From assembly GCA_000996895.1 (NCBI GenBank), contig LCBB01000006.1, positions 1 to 52,130 of the forward strand: a stretch of 52,130 bases of DNA, in the 5' to 3' direction. This document shows positions 44,770 to 52,130 of this stretch, piece by piece; the first letter of the stretch is position 1; the number at the start of each line of letters is the position of its first letter. The DNA is from a candidate division WWE3 bacterium GW2011_GWC2_41_23. Lineage in GTDB: Bacteria > Patescibacteriota > WWE3 > UBA101185 > UBA10185. Position numbers and translations under genes: made by a program. Below the pieces are notes generated by a model. It was given only the letters and a program-made list of their open reading frames with translations, was not told the origin of the DNA and made no database searches.

Positions 44770-44821
44770 ACCATCCATCACCAATTTATACCAATATGCT
44801 CCACTGGGTATCCATTGTCAA
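44770..44821 (-). promoter_or_regulatory. mraZ promoter with MraZ-type direct repeats
   Basis: TGG cores in exact 10-nt phase (CCA at 44771, 44781, 44791, 44801; a fifth at 44812) downstream of TTGACA (44816-44821). Confidence 0.7.
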
Positions 44822-44920
44822 TACAAATGAAACCCGAAAGTGCGTAGTTACAAGATTATTTTGTGGCCGTGGTTAGGCCGTTTAAAAAGAAATGTTTTCC
44901 TGTGGATTAGCTGAAGAAAA

Positions 44921-46306
44921 TTACTGTCCTGCAAGATAAAATTTAAGGTCGTTGGCGGCTATGCGTACTTGCTCCATAGTATCGCGGTCCCTGACGGTAA
45001 CCGTATCATCCTCTAGCGTCTGGTAATCGATAGTAACACAAAAAGGTGTGCCGATTTCGTCCTGAGAATAATATCTCTTCCCAATGTTTCCTCTGTCATC
45101 CCAAGTGACCGAAACCCCGTCGGACATCAATGTATCGTAGATCTCACGGGCTTTACCCACCACTTCCTCTTTATTTCTTACCAGGGGAAAAACAGCAGCA
45201 TTGTAAGGTGCTAATTTACGGGGCAGTTTTAGGACTGTTCTGCCGTCTTCTTCAGCGTATGAATCCGCCAAAATGGCCAGGAAAACACGATTTATACCGA
45301 ATGTGGGCTCTATAACATGGGGTAATATTTTTTCACCTGTCTCGGGATCTGTATATCTAAGTTCTTCGCCGGATTTTTCCATGTGATTTTTCAGGTCGAA
45401 ATCGGTTCTGTACGCCAAACCGAACATTTCTTTAACACCAAAAGGAAATTCGAAATCAAGGTCTTCGGTTTTTGCCGAATAGTGTGCTCTTTCCGCATCG
45501 GTATGTGTTCTCCACGACAATTTTTCCTCAGGCAACCCCAGGGTTATTGCCCATTTCTTCATTTCTTCCTTCCAGTAATCGAACAACGCCTGCCAGCTGT
45601 CTTTTGCCGGATCGAAAAAGTATTCAAATTCAGCCAAATTAAACTCCAGGGTTCTAAAAATAAAGTTTCCCAAAGTTATTTCGTTTCTGAACGCCTTTCC
45701 CGACTGGGCTATCCCAAACGGAAGTTTTGGTCTCATTGTGTCGAGTACATTTCTGAAATTCACGAACATCCCCTGAGCAATTTCCCCTCTTAAATAAACC
45801 GTTGATTGAGAATCTGTAACAATTCCTACGTTAGTTTCAAAAAGTAAATTGAACTTTCTTGTTTTTGTCCATTCAAGGGCACCACATTTCGGACAGGGTA
45901 TTTTATTGTCTTCTATTATTTTTGATAATTCTTCCGGAGACAGTCCTTCTACACTTCTTTTTTCACCTTTAGCCTCGAAGTAAGTTTCAATCAAATGATC
46001 AGCCCTGGTTCGTGTTTTGCATTTTTTACAATCTATTAAAACGTCGGTGAAACTTGCCGTATGTCCGGAAGCCTCCCAAACCTTTGAACTCATAAGTATG
46101 CTGGTGTCCAGTCCGTGAATATTTGCGCGGCGGGTTACAAAGAAATCCCACCATGAATTCTGAATATTTCTGAGAAGTAGAACTCCCAAAGGTCCGAAAT
46201 CGTAAGTGTTGGAAAGTCCCCCGTAAATCTCGGAACCCGGAAAAACGTAGCCTCTTCTTTTACCGAGTGAAACAATCTTCTGTTGTAGATCTGCAATTTC
46301 AGACAT
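44921..46306 (-). CDS. glyQS: Glycine--tRNA ligase, alpha2 (homodimeric) type
   Basis: EIYGG, YDFGPLG, VWEASGH, YLRGEIAQG, GKAFRNEI, ERAHYS, PHVIEPTFG, NIGKRYYSQDEIGTP. Confidence 0.96.
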   Translation of the reverse strand: MSEIADLQQKIVSLGKRRGYVFPGSEIYGGLSNTYDFGPLGVLLLRNIQNSWWDFFVTRRANIHGLDTSILMSSKVWEASGHTASFTDVLIDCKKCKTRTRADHLIETYFEAKGEKRSVEGLSPEELSKIIEDNKIPCPKCGALEWTKTRKFNLLFETNVGIVTDSQSTVYLRGEIAQGMFVNFRNVLDTMRPKLPFGIAQSGKAFRNEITLGNFIFRTLEFNLAEFEYFFDPAKDSWQALFDYWKEEMKKWAITLGLPEEKLSWRTHTDAERAHYSAKTEDLDFEFPFGVKEMFGLAYRTDFDLKNHMEKSGEELRYTDPETGEKILPHVIEPTFGINRVFLAILADSYAEEDGRTVLKLPRKLAPYNAAVFPLVRNKEEVVGKAREIYDTLMSDGVSVTWDDRGNIGKRYYSQDEIGTPFCVTIDYQTLEDDTVTVRDRDTMEQVRIAANDLKFYLAGQ

Positions 46307-46393
46307 AAAGCCAGTATATAGCAGACACGGTGAATTTCAAATATTGAGGGCGTCCGTGAATCAAAGCAGTTCCCGCCCTTTGATTTTATGAAA

Positions 46394-47113
46394 TCAAAGC
46401 AATTCTCTGCTTTTTATCCTAATACCAAAGTGCTCATCAATAAGCGCCGAAGTGATAATACTGAGGTCTTTGAGAGTTTTTTCACCAGTTTTGGACAACT
46501 TATTCCCGGTTAGTTCCCGTAGTTTGGCTACTGTCTGCGTGGAAAAAGAAAGGCCGTGGTGGGAACAGTCACCACAAATAAATCCTCCGTGTTCCGTATC
46601 CAGATACAATAAAGGTCCTTTTTCAACCAAATCTTTTTTACACTTTAAACAGGTTTCTGTGTTCAGCCCGTACCCCATCAGACCGAGATAATGAATTTCA
46701 AAAAATCTTACTGCCAGGTCAATATTTTCAGGAAACTTGGACGCTATTTTTAAAAATTTAACCAGCAATTCAAATGCCGGTTCCGCATTTCCTCCTTCTT
46801 CCGTGGTTTTATGTAAAAGTTCTACAACGTAAGAACACTGAATAGTCAACACATAGTCGCTTTTTAATCTCCTAAAACTGTTTAAACCGGAAACCTCATC
46901 GATCTGACGCATCCCGCTTAACGATTCGGATAAACCGACCTTTACAAGATTTAACGTATCGAGATTACCGGCGCGTCTCGAGGAAATCTTACGTACGCCA
47001 CGAGCGACAGCGGGTATTTTACCCAAATCCTTAGACAATAATGTATATATTTTATCGGAATCTCTGTAATTGATGCTTTTGAGTACTACCGCAACAGTAT
47101 TAACTTTTTTCAT
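46394..47113 (-). CDS. recO: DNA repair protein RecO
   Basis: AVVLKSINYRDSDKI, ARGVRKISSR OB-fold; CLKC...CGDC zinc finger. ATG 47113 has TAGAAT 7 nt upstream. Confidence 0.92.
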   Translation of the reverse strand: MKKVNTVAVVLKSINYRDSDKIYTLLSKDLGKIPAVARGVRKISSRRAGNLDTLNLVKVGLSESLSGMRQIDEVSGLNSFRRLKSDYVLTIQCSYVVELLHKTTEEGGNAEPAFELLVKFLKIASKFPENIDLAVRFFEIHYLGLMGYGLNTETCLKCKKDLVEKGPLLYLDTEHGGFICGDCSHHGLSFSTQTVAKLRELTGNKLSKTGEKTLKDLSIITSALIDEHFGIRIKSRELL

Positions 47114-47184
47114 CAGGCTAATTCTATCCCGTGGGGCAACACGCGTAAAATAGGTGAGGGCGCGCACTGTGATTGCTTTTGTGT

Positions 47185-49143
47185 TTAATTCCTAATCGTA
47201 ACTTCTTTAAAGTTAACGAGATCCACATCAACCGTCTTTGTTCCGTAACTCACCTTATATTTTTCGCCATTCACGCCTGCCTGTTTTTGAAGATAAAGAT
47301 TGTATTCTTTATCTCCGACCAGGTTGTTAGGAAGATAATATTTAAATGTGACTTCCTTAGTTTCTCCGGGCTGCGCGGTGATGAAGGCGCTGTACCAAAC
47401 TCTGTTGCTTTCCTGATCGGTCATTGTTCCGTCTTCGCTACCGTCGACAGAAACAAACTCTGAACCGATGGGAGCGTAAACTCTTACCCAGTCTTTAAAT
47501 TGCTTAACGAACGGCGCGTACTCGCCGTCAGGGTTTTCGTATGTGTAAACTATGTTCACTGTCCTAAGCCACTTATCTCCGGACTTTTCGAGTTTGTGAT
47601 TAACTGCTTTTTTAACAAACCAGTTTGTTTTATCTCCGCCCAGGTTTGTGGAAACTACCATTGAATAGTCACCTTTTGTTTCCTGTTTTATTCTTCCTCC
47701 CATTTCATATTTGTCTATCAATGCCTGAGCTTCGGGGTCAAACACGTAAACCTGAACGTGTCTTCTGGCTGCCAGGCTGACTGCTTTGTCTATCATCTTA
47801 GGCCACAGATTTTTGTCTGACTCAAATACGTTGGTCAACATGGCTTTCATAAGGTAACCCAACACTCTTTTTCTTCCTGCCTGCTCTTTAAGAGCGAGTG
47901 AAGCGATTCTTTCCAGTTCCAACACAACATTATCTTTAGTATAGGTAACACCATTGACTGTAACGGGACCTGTAACCTCAAGTAATTCGCTTATGACCTG
48001 TGTGTCGATGGCAAAAATACCGTCGACGGGTTTGACCTCTACAGGGTCAATACGTCCGGCCATGTTATAGAAACGCAAAAATTGATCCATGGAAGTTACA
48101 AAATCGGGTGAATAATTCATGTCCCTTGCGTACCACCTCTCGACCAGCAGATACTTGCCATACGCTGCCGGAGGATCCGGGAAATCGTAAGTGGCATCAA
48201 TCAAATCCAAAGTCAGGTCAACGCTGTACATATCTTTGGAGGTAAAGTCAGAATCAAGAAGACCGTTGGCTATCTTAAATGTAGCGTAATTGGTCATAAA
48301 GCCTCCTGTAGGCCTTAATTCTTTATCGTTCTGCATAATTATCATGTATCTTTTTACCGGAGTTCCTACAGCCAAAACCCGGGGAATTATAGTGAACGCC
48401 TGCTTCAAATCGGGAGCGTAGTCGTCGGCCTTAGAGAGCGTGTCCTTAATAAATACTATATTCTCTCTTATCGGAGTTCCTCTAAAGCTTTCGGGGTATT
48501 TTTCCGTGTCGATGGTTTCAAGTTCTTCACCAATCTTAGAAACCTTTTCTATAACACCGTCCATCTGTCCTGCAACTTCTGGCATTATTGAAATCCAGCC
48601 CTGAAATGCTTCCATCAAGCCTTCCTGCTCGGGAACTTCCTGGTCTGCCGAAACCTTCAAGCCCGCAGCGTCAGCAAACGGCAAAACCACTTTTTCAGCT
48701 TCGCGCATGGCGTCAATAGCGTAAAAACCTGAGTTTATAAATTTTTCTGAATCGGCGTAATACTCGTTAATTCTGAATATTGTCTTATCTTTAGCCCACC
48801 CAAAGCTGTCTTCTCTTTGCTGTCTCAAAGATTTGAGGTTGTTTTCTGTTTTATTGAGGGTAGCATCCAAAGCCACTAAATCCCTGTTCTGCAAAGCTTC
48901 CCCTATTTTAGCCGTATCTGATTTTAAAATGTTCGCGGCGGAGTAAAGGGCAAGCGCAGGTTTAACAAGGTAAATATAAGCAAAAACTCCCACAATCCCT
49001 ATAATGACAAGGAAAATAGCCGTTCCGATTCCCAGCTTTTTGGCAACACCACTGCCTCCTTTTTTCTTACCTGCTTTATAACCTGCCGCTCCGGGCTGAA
49101 AAGATGAACTACTCTCCGAACCCCAAAATTGCGAATTATTCAT
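47185..49143 (-). CDS. DUF4012-domain membrane-anchored protein
   Basis: N-terminal TM, helical region, YMIIMQNDKELRPTGGF, RDMNYSPDF, VDGIFAID, NLGGDKTN, QKQAG. Confidence 0.82.
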   Translation of the reverse strand: MNNSQFWGSESSSSFQPGAAGYKAGKKKGGSGVAKKLGIGTAIFLVIIGIVGVFAYIYLVKPALALYSAANILKSDTAKIGEALQNRDLVALDATLNKTENNLKSLRQQREDSFGWAKDKTIFRINEYYADSEKFINSGFYAIDAMREAEKVVLPFADAAGLKVSADQEVPEQEGLMEAFQGWISIMPEVAGQMDGVIEKVSKIGEELETIDTEKYPESFRGTPIRENIVFIKDTLSKADDYAPDLKQAFTIIPRVLAVGTPVKRYMIIMQNDKELRPTGGFMTNYATFKIANGLLDSDFTSKDMYSVDLTLDLIDATYDFPDPPAAYGKYLLVERWYARDMNYSPDFVTSMDQFLRFYNMAGRIDPVEVKPVDGIFAIDTQVISELLEVTGPVTVNGVTYTKDNVVLELERIASLALKEQAGRKRVLGYLMKAMLTNVFESDKNLWPKMIDKAVSLAARRHVQVYVFDPEAQALIDKYEMGGRIKQETKGDYSMVVSTNLGGDKTNWFVKKAVNHKLEKSGDKWLRTVNIVYTYENPDGEYAPFVKQFKDWVRVYAPIGSEFVSVDGSEDGTMTDQESNRVWYSAFITAQPGETKEVTFKYYLPNNLVGDKEYNLYLQKQAGVNGEKYKVSYGTKTVDVDLVNFKEVTIRN

Positions 49144-49144
49144 A

Positions 49145-49780
49145 CTAAACGGCTCCTTTTTTCGTTAAAACTACATACGGCGTCTTCAAGACAATTAATA
49201 TATCATACAATATTGACTTATTCTCTGCATACTTAGCGTCGAGTTTTACCCTCTCCACAAAGCCTATTGTGGACCTTCCGGTTACCTGCCAAGGCCCTGT
49301 TATCCCCGGTTTGACCGACACTGCCTTTTCCACGAGTTCTGCCGTTCCCGGAAATTTTTGAGCCTGATCCTCAATCTCAAAAAAATAGTAAGCCCTCGGA
49401 CCGACAATGCTCATTTCGCCTTTTAAAACATTAATAAATTGGGGCAGTTCATCTAAGCTGTATTTCCTCAAAAAAATTCCGCCTTTGATGATACGCGGGT
49501 CTTCCTCGGCGTTTATTTTGTAATTATTTTCCACGTACTTTTTGTAAAGCTCTTCGTTTTTTACAAGATACTCATGGGCATTGGGAAACATAGAACGGAA
49601 TTTCATAAATTTAAATGGTTTTTTATCTTTACCGACACGGTCAGGAATATCTGCAAACACAGGTCCGCTTGGAGACACCGCTTTAATCCAAATAGAAACT
49701 ACGATAAATACCGGGAGAAATAGTACAAGACCTACGAGAGCGCCTACTATATCCATTATTCTTTTCAGGATTTTATACAT
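49145..49780 (-). CDS. Bacterial sugar transferase (priming phosphoglycosyl transferase)
   Basis: KRIMDI, KFRSM, DPRI, LRKYSLDELPQFINVLKGEMSIVGPR, KPGITG. Confidence 0.94.
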   Translation of the reverse strand: MYKILKRIMDIVGALVGLVLFLPVFIVVSIWIKAVSPSGPVFADIPDRVGKDKKPFKFMKFRSMFPNAHEYLVKNEELYKKYVENNYKINAEEDPRIIKGGIFLRKYSLDELPQFINVLKGEMSIVGPRAYYFFEIEDQAQKFPGTAELVEKAVSVKPGITGPWQVTGRSTIGFVERVKLDAKYAENKSILYDILIVLKTPYVVLTKKGAV

Positions 49781-50895
49781 ATCAGGTCGTTTACCTTTTC
49801 AAGTATACTACATTTAAAGTTCTCAAAAGAAAACGTTCGGGCCCGGCCTATACAATCTGCCGGGTTGAATTTCATAATTTCAAATTTTTCTATGCATTTG
49901 GATAAAGACTCCGCCGTTTGTTCTTCGAAAAAAATTCCTGTCTTTCCGTCTAGGATAGTTTCCAACGCCCCGCCTGCTTTGTAAGCTATAACGGGTTTTC
50001 CGGATGCCATAGCCTCCAGAGGGACTATGCCGAAATCTTCTTTTTGCGTGTTAATCAAAGCCCTGCAGCCTGCTAAAACCTCCCACTTCACCGGATCGGA
50101 CACCCTTCCTAAAAACTCTACGTTTTTTCCGGCAAGTTTTTGCAGCCTTACTAAATCAGGGCCTTCGCCGATTATCTTTAAATTTCTTCCTAATTTCTCG
50201 CAGGCTCTCATGGCAGTTTCTACGTGTTTCCAGGAAACTAATCTGGTAATTACCAAGTAATAATCGCTCTTTGTAGGATTTGCCGTTTGAGGAGGTACTT
50301 CGCAAAAGGGATTAACTACCGAACTTTCTACTCCGTGATATTTTTTCACCCTTTGTTGGGTAATCTTAGAGTTCGCTATAACCATGTCCGCTCTTTTCAT
50401 CGCAGGAACGTCCGCCAGCCTCATTAAGAAAATAAAGTGCCTGACAAAAAACATCCCAACCGCTTTTAAAAATTTAGGGACACCTGAAAATTCTTTCTCA
50501 AAATAATCGAATGGTTCCCAAAACATGCGCCCGGGTGTATTCAAATAGCAAATATGTTTGGTGGAAGGATTAGTAATTGCAAAATGCGCGTATCTGGAGG
50601 AAATAGAAAACACCAAATCGTAATCGGAAAAATCAAAACTCTCTATGGCAAGAACGTGGTAATAACAAACTGAATAGAAACGGTTTAGTTTTGCTACAAA
50701 CGGAAATTTCTGTAAAAAAGAGGTTACGATTTTTCTATCTTTTGAATGAAAATAGTTACGCCACTTTTTAGTTGCAACTGTAGTGTAAATGGGAGCATCC
50801 GAAAAAATATCCGACACGGCATCAACGATTTTTTCGGCACCGCCGTGTTGTATAAGATCGTCACATACTATTGCTACTTTCATCGTAACTTCCAT
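49765..50895 (-). CDS. GT4-family glycosyltransferase
   Basis: HGGAEK, IANS, EDFGIVPLEAMASGKPVI. Confidence 0.92.
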   Translation of the reverse strand: MEVTMKVAIVCDDLIQHGGAEKIVDAVSDIFSDAPIYTTVATKKWRNYFHSKDRKIVTSFLQKFPFVAKLNRFYSVCYYHVLAIESFDFSDYDLVFSISSRYAHFAITNPSTKHICYLNTPGRMFWEPFDYFEKEFSGVPKFLKAVGMFFVRHFIFLMRLADVPAMKRADMVIANSKITQQRVKKYHGVESSVVNPFCEVPPQTANPTKSDYYLVITRLVSWKHVETAMRACEKLGRNLKIIGEGPDLVRLQKLAGKNVEFLGRVSDPVKWEVLAGCRALINTQKEDFGIVPLEAMASGKPVIAYKAGGALETILDGKTGIFFEEQTAESLSKCIEKFEIMKFNPADCIGRARTFSFENFKCSILEKVNDLICIKS

Positions 50896-50942
50896 TTTAT
50901 ACTATAGCGCTAACTTCCGTTTGTAATATAATCGATATAACT

Positions 50943-52085
50943 ATGAAAATCGGAATAAACGGGCAAAGACTACTTGTCCAGAACCCTGCCGGACCCGAAA
51001 GATACACTTACAACTTAATTAACGCTCTGGCTAAACTGGACCGCGACAACGAGTACAGAATTTATTTCTGCGGCAAACCGGATAAAGACTACTTTTCTAA
51101 ACTTACTTATTCAAATAACTCGTTTAAGCCGATTGTGGTAAAAAGCCGGGTTTCATGGACTCAGTCGGGATTAGCAAAAGAACTAAAAAGGAATCCTGTG
51201 GATGTATTTTTTACACCGGTTCACACAATGCCGATTTACAGAAATAAAAAACTAAAAGTCGTGGGAATGATTCACGGCCTTGAATATAAATTCGTTAGCA
51301 AAAGCGTGAATTTTATTAAAAAATTAACGCTTGGAAAACCTGAAGAGTATTTGGTAAAAAAATCCCACGCTTTGATAGTTCCGACACTTGCCACAAAAAA
51401 TGAAATCATTAAAAGAAGCTGGGCTGAAAAAGATGACCCGAAAATTTCAGTGGTTCACGAAGGCGTAGGAGAAAACTTTTATAAACGCGACACGGAAGAA
51501 ATTAAAGCGGTAAGGAAAAAATACAACCTGGGCGAAAAAAGATATATTTTATTCGTTTCCACAATTCAACCGAGAAAAAATATTCCTCTTATGGTTCAGG
51601 GGTACACGGAAGCACTGAAGAAAAATCCGGATTTGACTGATACTCTCTTGCTTATTGTAGGTAAAAAAGGATGGAGCTCTGAAGAATCTTATAACGCACC
51701 GAAAAAGTTCGGGGTTGAAAGTAATGTTTTATTCCCCGGATTTTTGTCCGACCAAGATCTTGCTTCCCTGTTTTCGGGTGCAGAGGCATTTATAAGCGTG
51801 TCGCTCGAGGAAGGATTTGGTCTCCCTTTATTGGAAGCTATGGCCTGCGAGACTCCCGCGTTGGTATCCGATATACCTGCGTTTAAAGAAGTGGGTGGCG
51901 AATTTCCTTTATACGTGAAGCCCAACGATTACGAGGAAATAGGAAACTCTATAGCTCTAATTTTTCACGGGGGATACAAACCGGAAAGAATTTACGGAGC
52001 AAAGTTAAGATCGCAAGAATTTACTTGGGACAGAACAGCTCAAAAAACTTTAGAGATTATTCAAAAGGTCGCGGAAAACATTTAG
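50943..52085 (+). CDS. GT4-family glycosyltransferase
   Basis: MKIGIN, TIQPRKN, EGFGLPLLEAMACETP, FTWDRTA. Confidence 0.92.
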   Translation: MKIGINGQRLLVQNPAGPERYTYNLINALAKLDRDNEYRIYFCGKPDKDYFSKLTYSNNSFKPIVVKSRVSWTQSGLAKELKRNPVDVFFTPVHTMPIYRNKKLKVVGMIHGLEYKFVSKSVNFIKKLTLGKPEEYLVKKSHALIVPTLATKNEIIKRSWAEKDDPKISVVHEGVGENFYKRDTEEIKAVRKKYNLGEKRYILFVSTIQPRKNIPLMVQGYTEALKKNPDLTDTLLLIVGKKGWSSEESYNAPKKFGVESNVLFPGFLSDQDLASLFSGAEAFISVSLEEGFGLPLLEAMACETPALVSDIPAFKEVGGEFPLYVKPNDYEEIGNSIALIFHGGYKPERIYGAKLRSQEFTWDRTAQKTLEIIQKVAENI

Positions 52086-52130
52086 GGTTATTTCGACCGT
52101 ATTTTTCCAGTTATATTTTTTAACATTTTC

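Noticed and set aside
44860-44912. DnaA boxes / replication origin
   Set aside because: Only one imperfect box (TGTGGATTA); no cluster or unwinding element.

Overview
About 52 kb of compact, mostly core chromosome (standard genetic code, tiny intergenic gaps) from a small-genome bacterium. The gene set (DUF4012, LCP and LytR_C proteins, alpha2-type GlyRS, type-2 IleRS, NrdJ, short UvrC) suggests Patescibacteria/CPR, probably WWE3/Microgenomates-like; this is inference. Contents in order: tRNA-Val(CAC), lepB, rpmA/rplU, ileS, a B12-dependent nrdJ + cobalamin adenosyltransferase operon, a murA-like-mraY-ftsW-murG-ftsQ-ftsA-ftsZ block, uvrC/uvrA/uvrB/lexA, a two-gene insert encoding a CHAP + 7-repeat propeller protein, a class A PBP, a frameshifted dedA, gpmA/eno/ppsA/pgm, a two-component pair, mraZ-rsmH-ftsL-ftsI, glyQS, recO and the start of a glycan locus. 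Most notable observations: (1) MurA and MraY both have altered catalytic motifs and no Mur ligase genes are in the window, while FtsW, FtsI and the class A PBP look intact; (2) many first genes have a -10 hexamer 6-8 nt before the start codon and no SD, consistent with leaderless mRNAs, including a 22-bp bidirectional promoter; (3) an unannotated 52-aa membrane peptide gene with promoter, SD and terminator lies between uvrB and lexA; (4) a TTCGG-N6-TTCGG-like direct repeat occurs in the lexA, uvrA and uvrB promoters; (5) the nrdJ leader carries a strand-specific hairpin. No CRISPR array, rRNA, integrase or transposase was seen.
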